Origin: Bugula neritina | Taxonomy: Eukaryota > Animalia > Bryozoa | Reading direction: 5' to 3' | Assembly: GCA_964035545.1 (NCBI GenBank) | Contig: OZ037766.1 | Span: forward strand, 24,172,126-24,236,125 | DNA length: 64,000 bases | Shown here: piece after piece, positions 21,839 through 33,026 of the stretch | Position numbering within the stretch: position 1 is the first letter of the stretch | Layout of the letters: each line of letters opens with the position of its first letter | Position numbers and translations under genes: made by a program | Notes under the pieces: model-generated | The model's database searches: none | The model's input: the letters and a program-made list of their open reading frames with translations, nothing else | Told to the model about the DNA's origin: nothing

Positions 21839-24800
21839 TTATTTTTTACTCCATCTTTTGTTTGCTGAAGTTTTTGCTGTGAATTTCACAGAGCTATAAT
21901 TAGATTCATCTGGCAATACTTCTGTCTCTTCTGGTGCCTTTGTTTCTGGATCATTCCCTTGGGTGGTAGTAATCATATTCTTCACAAGTTTACTGAAACG
22001 TCCTGTCTCTACAAACAATACAATATAGTATTCCCCTGGTAGATTATAACATATATAGCCTCTTGTAGCAAAGGGTTATAATCATTGTCTCAGCTAGTAT
22101 ACCAATTCAAGCTGCACAAAATTCTGATTTGCTCAATACATTAGAACATAATTATATGAAATATTTAAAAAACAAGTAGGATCAATCCATTGATTGTGTA
22201 AGCCAAAATTTAAGGTTATTACTGACTTTTTATGAATAAACATACTGAAACCTACTTGAATTTTATGCGAAGTAGGTAACACACACTAGCCTACACGTAG
22301 ACACAAGTGAGAATAAAGTTGCAGACATACTAGTTTCTGTAGGAATTTCTGTTTCTTCCTCCTTCTTACTGATTGGTGGAGATTCAACTTTTATTTCTGG
22401 ATCTGTTTTTCCAGTGCATGCTGATGGCTGGTTGACAGCATCTGACGTACCCTCTAACAATGATGGATTACCTGAAATAATTATTCTACCTGTAAGCTGG
22501 CTTAATGATTGCAAATATTATTTATTTATTACCCTCTCCCTTCTCCCACACAGCAAACACTTTTATTATAGAACTTCTACTTATTGCTGCACAATTTACA
22601 AACCCAGTAGTGAAGGGTTAAGCATCATCCAATTTGCAAACATAGGATGAATGTTTCCAGCTTCCATTGGGTTCATTCCAACTCCTGTTTGACCAGCCAT
22701 CATTGTATTCCCACCCATAAATGGGTTAGCTCCTCCCATCATGAAGTTAGCCGCACCCATGTTCATCTGAGTTCCGCCCACCATAGATGGAAATGCCATT
22801 GGAGCAGAGGTAGTTGTTTTTGGTTGACTTTTTTCTGGTTTTAAAGCCTTCTTTTGATCTTTAATTTTTTTTCTTTCTTCCTTTCTTTTTTCATGCTCCT
22901 TAAAATATCACAATTGATGAATGTGTTGATAAGATGTCTACATATTTTACTTTGACTTCTAATCTAGATATATTCAAATTATTTCTCATAAAATATTCTT
23001 AACTCAACCTTTTATTCAAAACATAGTTCAATGTAACAAGTATTATACCTATACTACAACTACACACCCACACGCACACACACGCACACACACGCACACA
23101 TAAAACACCCATAAAAACACACTTAGACACACATAAACCTATATATAAATATAAAATATGACTCTCACCTTCTGCATTAAAGCTTGTGACTTGAGTTTAA
23201 GGCCAGTGAACTCCATTCTGCCCAGCTTGTCTATGTACTGGTGAGCTGCTTGCCTTTTCTCATAATTTGCTTCTATTTCCTCCTTAGTTCTAGGAATTCT
23301 TAAGTCAATCATACAGCATATAGCTATCACTATAACATGAACACGGTGCATACTAAAATTACACATATATAGTAGTCTACGGTATACATAATTACCCATA
23401 TGTTATTTTACAAGCAACAAACTTAAATTGGTCAGTTTGAAAAAATAACTATTATGATACATTTTACGCAGGACCACTGTATAACATTAAATATGCATAT
23501 ATTTGTTACAGCATAAACTATGAATACTATATATTATATATTATTATTATTATTGAAATAGCAAAAAATGCTAGGTAATTGGTGATTGCTTTATAGAATG
23601 CCTATAATGAACTATATTGATAATGTTAATATCATTTAGTATGTGCATCAAATAATTTAATGCGATATGAGCACTTTTTTAAAGCTTAATTATATATTAT
23701 TAGCAACGGATATTTAAACATGGCACCTGCATGTACTTTTTAAATAACTAAATAAAGCATTATAGAAGTTTTATGGCAACTGCAATGATCAGATCTAGTA
23801 TATATAAATAAATAAAACAATTGAAAAAGTATTTCTTTATATTCCAACATATATAGCTGTGATGGAATATGTAATTCTGCGGTGAATATGCTATACAAGT
23901 CCTAGTCCTGCTTATTTTTAATAGAACAGCTATACAAAAACTTTACCATCATGTAGAAAGCTACTTTTGTAAAGTATATTAACAGAAGTCATTTAAGACA
24001 GAATTAAAGGAAGCAGTTGTGGTCTAGGGGTTAGAGCGTTTGCCTAGTAAACACGAGGTCATGGGTTCAAACCCGAACAAACACCATTGGTGATGTTAGG
24101 AAGAACATTTAAGCATAGTTGCTCCTATGCCACATTTAAATAATTCCTTAGCCTGATTTAACAAAAAAAACCTTCTCCATCAGGGATGGTGACTATAAAC
24201 TTGGGTGATGAGTCATTTTAATGCAGAGTTAACATACGTATAGTGGAGATGCCACAGGAGATGAATCCAGCTATATGCCACACTTTGAATGGTCCAATCA
24301 AAATGGTTTCCATTAAAGGGATGTTATTATTTACAGAAGCTGCAGTAGATGTGCTTTCTTCCTGAAAAGTAAGCAAACCAGCAACTAGAAATATAAAGTT
24401 CTACATGCAAAGCTGTGAAAACTCAAAAAAATGCTAACTAAAAATCCCAGCACAAGATGGCTCTTTGTGTATATTTACTAACTAAAATGATAGTTTCAGA
24501 GTTTTTTTATACAAAACAATAAAATCATCAATACAGCCGACTAATAGAAACATATATTAATCCTTCTATTTGCTGCAATTAATAGAGCTGCAAAGGTGCT
24601 TAGTATTGGCAAACATTATTATTCAATAATTTCTTTGAAGGAGTTTATCAATCTTTTTGGCGCTACTTTAAGTATACCAATTTAATTTAATTTAGTGCTA
24701 GGAAATACACTGTGAATAAGAAAACTTTGTTAAGTTAAAATTTAATTAAAAGCTATAAGAAAATAATGCAGAAAAATAAAAAATTGTAATATGTAAAATA

Positions 24801-24912
24801 ATTTATAGATATCCTGGTATAGTTTTACCTGAAATGTTGGTTTATTTTGGCTCAAGCAGTTTAAGACACAACATAATATTATAAGTGTCTTTAGTATTAT
24901 AATATTGTTCAT
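21839..24912 (-). CDS. TMIE: TMIE-like (transmembrane inner ear) single-pass protein with extended C-terminus; exons approx. 24829-24912, 24238-24361, 23169-23329, 22605-22898, 22331-22489, 21839-22008
   Basis: Signal peptide MNNIIILKTLIILCCVLNCLS, then FKVWHIAGFISCGISTILIAICCMIDLRIPRTKEEIEANYEKRQAAHQYIDKL, matching the TMIE hallmark (W...CC...R[IV]PRTxKEIEAxxxxRxAAxxYxxxL). Splice phases are consistent. Confidence 0.82.
24011..24215 (+). mobile_element. tRNA-derived SINE (best-preserved copy)
   Basis: A-box TGGTCTAGGGG, B-box GGTTCAAACCC, core CCATTGGTGATGTTAGGAAG, tail CAGGGATGGTGACTATAAAC. Confidence 0.8.
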
Positions 24913-25109
24913 GTCTTTAATTAAAATAAAAATTATTCCCAGTTCAAGTTTCTAAAAAGTCAGTAAACTCACAACTCACAAGATTACGCTGTGTAACGTT
25001 TCTATAGGTATAGCTAAAGTATTTTTACTATCTACTGCTTGATGATTTAGAATATGGCTATGATGCAATGTCATTGATTATAACTCTTCTCTTGAGAACA
25101 TGTGTCAAT

Positions 25110-25304
25110 AAAACTCACACACGTTTATAGTCTCCATCCCCAAGAGAAACCCATGATGAAGTGAGTGTTAGTTAAATTGGGCTAAGGACTTATCCATCTA
25201 GAGCACAGGAGCAATTATGACTGGATGCTTTTCCTAACATCACCAATGGGCTTTAGTTGGGTTCAAACCTGTGTTTACTAATCAACTCCTCTAACTCCTA
25301 GACC
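25110..25304 (-). mobile_element. tRNA-derived SINE copy
   Basis: Reverse complement of the same head, core (GGATGCTTTTCCTAACATCACCAATGG) and tail. Confidence 0.75.
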
Positions 25305-27089
25305 CTAATAAAATATTGCAATAAGTTTTCCCACAAGGGAAGAGAAAAAAAGACAGTATCAAACAACTAGCAGTAATGCATTATAATAAAGCATAAATAC
25401 ACAAATCACATCTTTTAAATATAAGGATATTCATTATATCTCAGCTATGCCAAATTTAAATAAGTTAAGTTAAGCTTAAGTTTTTGGAGTAGACAATTGC
25501 TAGCTGCATTACTTTCTCTAAATGACCATTTAATATAATATAGAAAGTGTTGCATGAGCACATTATTGTTTTAGCGCGTTACATTAGAAAGTTATATAAA
25601 ATTTGCTAAGAAAAATATCGTCTAAATATTGTTCTATAGCGGAAGATTATATGTCTTTTTTAAAATATAAATATGTTTATACAGCTTTCATAGGTGTTTA
25701 GTAGGTTAAATAAAGCCTGGCTATATTTTCTTTTTGAATTAGAGAAGTTGTTGTGATAAGCTTTGAATCATTGTAAAAGAGGCATTTGGCAGCTGAAGAT
25801 TGAAAGAAGTGACTGTTAGTACTGAGGAAACTTCCAGAAAACATTGCAAGTAAGTATCTATATTCTAAAGAAGGAAACCACTGTATATCATGTGTCATTA
25901 AGTGGTACAAGGTGTTGTATGTGACATTACAAATGTAAATTGTGTTGATCAAATACCACCTTCTAAAACATTAATACTGTTCATTAATTTTATTAAATAT
26001 AATGCAGTTTAGACCATGTTTGGTGTTTTAAAGCCAATACTTTTTCTATATACTTATTCAGTGTCAAATATTAGAATGTTCTAGCTGTAACAATAAATCA
26101 TATAAGAAAGCATTCTGCTTGCAGTCTAGGAGTTGGAGGGTGTTTTTTTAGAAAACACGAAGTACTGAGCTTGATCTCTCTAAGTAAAAACTATTAGTGA
26201 AGATTCAGTTGAGATAGCCGACCATCAATATATTATTTTACTGGTTTCATCCCAGATAGACGCTATTTTTTATTTTGGTACCACTACATATAGTAATATA
26301 ATTATAATGTATACCCACATAAATGTTGCATTGATCGCTAAATAGCTATAGCTAATAAGCTATAATAGCTAATAGCTATAATAGCTAGTAGAAATTATCT
26401 GGGATAATATTCCAGTTTTTACAGATATGTGTATGGGACAAAAAGCACTAATACATTAATAATAGATATTGTCATATTATTGAATATTTATTAGCGAAAT
26501 ATCTTTTCAAACAATAAGAACTATAGAAAATGTAAAATTAATCGGTTAATGCAGATCGAAGGATTTTATTTATGTGCTAAATAACAAGCGGTTGATTCAA
26601 GTTTATTTAAATATACATATATTTCAATATTCAAATAAATTGCCCATATAATATATATTGTACCTAAATAAACAAATAGCATCTAACTGGGATAACACCA
26701 TTTTACTTAGACTACTCCAACACCCCTCCCTCCTTCTGTCACGTTCATTTAGATGAATTTATTTAAAAGTCTTAAAACATAGTGGTATTTGATACTAATA
26801 AGCTGCATTCATTTTGATTTCAAGTAGTAGTCAAGCTACCATTGATTGTCTCCATGCAACACCTCCGAATATAGCTTTTAAGTATATTTGCTGCAGCTAA
26901 AGTTATCTTCTCCTCTAATTTTCATATCAACTGAAAACTGGCAATTAAAGTTGCTAATATATGCAAAAGAGTCAGTAGTTAATAATGAGACTTGTTATAC
27001 AAGTGCAGCTCTATTTTTCGCTATTCAGGTGAGAGACACAGAAGGCCATATCTCAGTTGTGAAAGAAGCATTCAGGTTGTGACGTTACC

Positions 27090-28484
27090 ATGGCTACTAA
27101 GAGGAAGTCAGCTGATATCTCTAAGACTAAGAGCCCTGTACCAAGAGAGACAACAACTGAGGATGTTACTAAGAAAGCAGAGCTGTTAGAACCTAGTGCT
27201 TACTTTCCTACAGTTCCTAGTACCACATCTCATAAGATTATAGTTCAGCTTTCTGCTGTGATACTGACAAAGCCAAGTTTAGGTCTGAGTGCACTTCCAT
27301 TTGTTTTTGGAAAAAGACAGAATGGTGATTATGTAAAAGAAATTAGAGACGTCATTCTTCTAGCCTACCATCCATTAAAACCAACCCTTGAACTTCTTGA
27401 GGTTTGCTCTAATCTTAATAACTTTTTGAAGTTTTTGATAGAAACATATTTACCGTTGAAGACTGAGCTGCGGAATAGGTATGAGTTATTTTCCAACCTC
27501 AACAAAGGATTACTTGAATACAATCAAACATTTAGGCATGTTATAACAGATAAACAATTTTCAAAACTAGGTTTACTTTTAATCACTCTCACTTCTCAAC
27601 TCTACATTCTGATTTGGCAAGAGCGAGTTGCAGTCCTTGAGATTCAAGAAGAAGAAGCATCAAAAAATCTTTTGGTGAATCTTTTCCTAATGTTTACTGA
27701 CTGTGAACTAAAAATATACACAGATTTGTGGAAAACTAGATTGGAACAAATATCTTTTCCGAGTATAACCAAAGTACTACTAGATAAGAGTGAATCAAGC
27801 ATTCAATCACAAGAGCCATTATATAGCTTAACTGCCGAAATGGTAGACAACCTTCATGATGGGAACAGAACTATACATATCCGTAAACTGACTTGTCCAG
27901 AGTCACAGTTGAGCGTTGAAGTTGAAAACCTGACACTTTATGCAGCTATTTATAGAAAAGAGTACGTGAAAACATGCTTTGAAGAGCTAGATTCTGCTTT
28001 ACATTACCCAATTAGTTCTTGCGTAGTGTGGTTAAATGTATCTAAACATTCTTCTAGTTCCACTTCGAAATCATTATTAAACGCCACCTATTTAAACACT
28101 GTCAGTAGTATGGAGTTTGTGGGTTACAGAGAGTTTTCATCTCTTGCACGTCAGTTTGAACAAGAACCATCAATTTCCAATTTTTTTCTTAAATTGAAAA
28201 ATGGAAAATCAAGAACAGCAATAAAGTTAAGTCAACTGACAACTGGTCCTGGTACATATGCCATAAGCTATTTAGCTCCAAAAGTTGCAGGCCTGGTGAC
28301 TGCAAGTGTTTGTTTAATTGAGCTCAAATGTCGCACAGCACCAAGTAAGTATGATAATCACCTCCATAGATTAACGCAGATAACTTCTGCATCACAACTG
28401 ATAAAAAAGTCATTACTTGATTTTTCTAAATCTTCAGCCTTAGCAAAAGTAATATATTCTTTGAACGCTCATTATTCATTATAG
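27090..28484 (+). CDS. Uncharacterised 464-aa single-coding-exon protein, paralog of 30762-32084
   Basis: Long ORF in ~70% AT DNA; shares blocks with its neighbour (SHKI, GDY[VI]K[ED]IRD, PLKP, YIL.xQE, IYxDLWKxRLxxIS, YVKxCFxExD). Confidence 0.85.
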   Translation: MATKRKSADISKTKSPVPRETTTEDVTKKAELLEPSAYFPTVPSTTSHKIIVQLSAVILTKPSLGLSALPFVFGKRQNGDYVKEIRDVILLAYHPLKPTLELLEVCSNLNNFLKFLIETYLPLKTELRNRYELFSNLNKGLLEYNQTFRHVITDKQFSKLGLLLITLTSQLYILIWQERVAVLEIQEEEASKNLLVNLFLMFTDCELKIYTDLWKTRLEQISFPSITKVLLDKSESSIQSQEPLYSLTAEMVDNLHDGNRTIHIRKLTCPESQLSVEVENLTLYAAIYRKEYVKTCFEELDSALHYPISSCVVWLNVSKHSSSSTSKSLLNATYLNTVSSMEFVGYREFSSLARQFEQEPSISNFFLKLKNGKSRTAIKLSQLTTGPGTYAISYLAPKVAGLVTASVCLIELKCRTAPSKYDNHLHRLTQITSASQLIKKSLLDFSKSSALAKVIYSLNAHYSL

Positions 28485-28897
28485 TATAGCCAAAAATTCC
28501 TTTTATCAAAATAATATTAAAGATGATTTTTTTTATTCATAAGCTAATTTTTTTATCATGCCTGTAGCTTTTTAGTCTTACTAATAATTTTTTTGTGATC
28601 CATAGTATCTAATAGAGCAACTTAATGTTTTATCTATTATTTTATTATTTAGCAATAAAAATTATGAGTATTCTAAACCAAAAGACCATAATGCATTCAA
28701 CTTTTGTAAATTGATTGCTATACTTTTGACTTAGAAGCTAATATTTGGTTTCATTATTTACTAATCAGGAATTAATTTAGCAACTTCAAGTACTGGAGGC
28801 CTCCTGCAAGTTTGTAGAACTTATTATAGGACAACAAATTACATCATTTAATGATTTAAATTTTTGCATGTTAAACTATGCTATATTTGTCTGCGTA

Positions 28898-29560
<663 letters not shown>

Positions 29561-30482
29561 GGATATTTGTTTATGCTAGAGTTGTTCTTCCATGCTTCAA
29601 AAGATGTTTAAACTAATTGGATTTAAGTGTGGAGCAAAAATATTTTAGATAAATAACCAACTGTCACATTTTATACTACAAATGGTTCAGCTCAGAAATT
29701 TTTTACTTGCCTCAGTTTTGATCAAAAACATATTTTCCTATAGAATGATTAAAATGCAGAGCTATACAATGTAACACCTTGTAAAACAAAACAATAAAGC
29801 TATCTCAGCTATTTAAAGCCAATATAGCTTTTTTTATTTTACCAAATTTTATAAAGATATTGAATACAAAACGGCAACTTAAGAACAACTTTGAAATTGC
29901 ATTATTGAAGTTGTAAAATTTATAGATACTCTAATCTTATATAAATATTGAGAAGAGTGCGAAAGCTGGGAAGATTGTTGCAAATATAAATAAGTACAAC
30001 GGGAGTAGCACCATGGTAAGTAGACTCCATGTTGGTTTGAAAAAGTATAGTTCTACAGTAACACCAAGGCTAACAGTAATTGAAACAGCTGTACAAAACA
30101 TTGAACATTGAACTTCAACTTTTTTAATCCAATTGAGGGTAACAAAAAATACTGAATCTACAACATTTTGTAAAAAGTGTTTGATAATGGCTTTTAGCTT
30201 TTGTTTATATTTGCTACTAATATAATCCATCTTTACCTACCCCAAAAATGTTTTATTTAATAATGTTTTCAATAAACCCGAATATATGCTGCGGTCCTGG
30301 TTGACTTAAGTTATGTCTCCTTTCAATCTGTACTGTAGGAAAAAAAGATGTATTTTTTGATACTAATTGCTTGTTCAAATAGGTAATTACTAATTAGTGG
30401 TAATCGTGATGTTTTTAGTAGAAAGTATATCCTTTATACATTACCAACACTTGAATAATTCAATGATGCATAAATGTAACAT

Positions 30483-30649
30483 AAACTCACTCATGCAAGT
30501 TTATAGTCACTATCCCTGTGAAACCACGCAGGTGCAATAATGATCGACTGGATTCTCTTTCTAGCATCACCAATGGCCTTTGTCAGGGCTCGAACCCATG
30601 ACTTCCTGCTTATTAGGCAAACACTCTAACTCCTAGATCACTGCTGCTC
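30483..30649 (-). mobile_element. tRNA-derived SINE copy
   Basis: B-box (rc GGTTCGAGCCC), core TTCTAGCATCACCAATGG and tail TTTATAGTCACTATCCCTG match the 24011 copy. Confidence 0.8.
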
Positions 30650-30761
30650 CCTGTTACATAAATGTATTGTATTATAGTGTTGAACTATTTATTACAATGT
30701 CGGCATTTGTATCTGTTTCTAGGAAGCCATTGGTGAGAAATTGCCTGATAGAATTGACGGG

Positions 30762-32084
30762 ATGATCTCAACTCTGAAAGCAACTTCTATGCAATATACT
30801 GTGTCTGAAGCCCAAGATGCTGCGGCTATGGAAAATATAAATTCATTTGCATGCGCTTCAGATGGTATCAACTGTGATTTCAGTTACCTCCCTTCACACA
30901 AAATATTTGTAAAGCTTTATGAAATACTTGATTCACACACTGATATGACTATTAGTTCCATGTCAAATGCATTCGGTGACCATAGAAAAGATGGTGATTA
31001 TATAAAAGATATCAGAGATATACTAAACATGATTTTCTACCCTCTAAAGCCAAAGCAAGACTTGCTTGATATTTGCACCTTTAGCAACGAGGTCCTAACT
31101 TTTGTGTTCAATGACTATTTGCCAAAAAGTAATCAGCCATGGAAGTGTGAGACTGAAGGTTTGCAATTGAAACAAAAAGCTTTCCAGCTAAAAGAAAAGA
31201 TAGTTTCTATTATAGATGGGAAACTGAAAGTTCCCAGTGCTGCTTTGTTTCTCTTTTTGTTTATAGTGAATATCTATTTGATTCTTTTACAAGAGTTGGC
31301 AAATTTGTTCAAAAACCAAGAAGATAAGTGGCTGAGTGAGCTGAGAACAGTGCCAAAAATATGTGCTGATTATGTTCTCAGAATTTACTCAGATTTGTGG
31401 AAAAATAGATTACAAAACATCTCTTATTTTACCATATCAAAATTTATGGTGGATACAAAGATTCCGGATGATTGTGTGGCAAAGCAAGAGCAAATCTACA
31501 CTGTATCGGCTACCATAATTGACAAGTGCAGAAGTAATGACAATGAAAGAGAAATGAATATTCGGGAAATAATCTGCTCTGACTGTAACCTTGAGAATGC
31601 AATTAAAGATCTTCAGATTGTTGCAAATGAATACCGTGATATGTATGTCAAAAAGTGCTTCAAAGAATTTGATTGGATAATGCATTTTCCAATCAAGGCT
31701 TCGGCGATTTGGATCAAACTATTTTGGCTGCCCATGGTTCATTCACAGGTTAAAGTAGATAACATTCTTTACGTCAACACTATGTGCAGCAAAGGAGTGC
31801 CAGGATCATTACCAGTTTTTGGTGATTCTTCAGCAATTTGGAAATCGAATAAAAACTGCCAATACTCTATGTCTGTTTCTGACCCTATACATTGTCCTCT
31901 TTCATTTCCTAACTATGGTGATTTAGCAGCAAATGTAACAATCAAAGTTATTATGGAGCAAAACATTGCCAGTGCTTGTGCCAAATGCATTATGCATCCA
32001 CTGATTAAGCAAGAAATAGACTACAGTGTTTGGTTAATAGAGATATTCCTAATTCCCAGTGAAATAACTCATCAAAAGAAATAA
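30762..32084 (+). CDS. Uncharacterised ~440-aa protein, tandem paralog of 27090-28484
   Basis: Long ORF; first ATG at 30762 follows acceptor TTTCTAG (30722), so an upstream exon is possible. Colinear similarity over ~280 aa; C-termini diverge. Confidence 0.85.
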   Translation: MISTLKATSMQYTVSEAQDAAAMENINSFACASDGINCDFSYLPSHKIFVKLYEILDSHTDMTISSMSNAFGDHRKDGDYIKDIRDILNMIFYPLKPKQDLLDICTFSNEVLTFVFNDYLPKSNQPWKCETEGLQLKQKAFQLKEKIVSIIDGKLKVPSAALFLFLFIVNIYLILLQELANLFKNQEDKWLSELRTVPKICADYVLRIYSDLWKNRLQNISYFTISKFMVDTKIPDDCVAKQEQIYTVSATIIDKCRSNDNEREMNIREIICSDCNLENAIKDLQIVANEYRDMYVKKCFKEFDWIMHFPIKASAIWIKLFWLPMVHSQVKVDNILYVNTMCSKGVPGSLPVFGDSSAIWKSNKNCQYSMSVSDPIHCPLSFPNYGDLAANVTIKVIMEQNIASACAKCIMHPLIKQEIDYSVWLIEIFLIPSEITHQKK

Positions 32085-33026
32085 AGCTGCTTAGTATGGA
32101 AATCAATGGGAAGTTGTACATTATTATTCTTTTTGTTTATCAATAATTGATTTTTAAGCTTTGAATTTCCTGTTTGTATACTGACAAAGGTGTGTTTAAT
32201 AATAACCCTGCCCTATGATATTTTTGGGTAAAAACAATATATTTACAAAAAAATCAGCTTTGAATATGAATTATATTTTTTTTGCAATTACAGTTATAAT
32301 TTGTTTCTGTTTTAGAGTAAATATTATATCTTTTAGAAATTATCTATTCTCATACTTCATGTAGATCTCTTGAGTTTAAATTTATAAATCATTGTAAAAT
32401 TTATTGATTAAAAGGCTTAACACAAAGAATACACAGCAGCCGTTTATATTATGTGTATAGAATCTATTACATTTACATACAGCTTATGTTTCAAAAAGAT
32501 AATTTGTAACGAAATGCAACGAAACTAGTAATGAAATGTTAGACCTAAATATTATATCCACTGACAGTGGGTATCAACTGATCTTCTGTTACTCTTGCAG
32601 TTTAGTTTTACTTGATATAGCAAAAGAAAAAAGAATGGCATAAAACTTATACAGTGACATGTTGTGTTATACGAGGCATAATGTTATAATATGTATCTTA
32701 CTATTTTGTCAGACTCGATGAAATTTTATTCAAGAACACATTAGAACTGTTGATAAGTAGGTGAACTTATAAGATTTCTCATTTTTCACCTGAGTAAAAT
32801 TCTTTACAAGGTTTTGATAAGTGTTAGTGCTGGGTCCTTTAGCAGATTTGCTTGCGCTAGGCTTTGATGGATTAAGTTTCTTGTTGGCAGTACGAGTTGG
32901 CTCAGATACAAAACTGTATTCAGCTTTTTTGAAGTAGCTAAACTTTCTTTTAAAGAAGCAACTCCTGTCTAAATTGGTAAGGGCATAACCATGTTTCTTC
33001 ACTAAATTTTTAGTCTTTGTGAAAGT

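Noticed and set aside
29937-30230. 97-aa hydrophobic minus-strand ORF
   Set aside because: No recognisable motif or supporting exons; hydrophobicity is expected from AT-rich sequence. Cannot be fully excluded.
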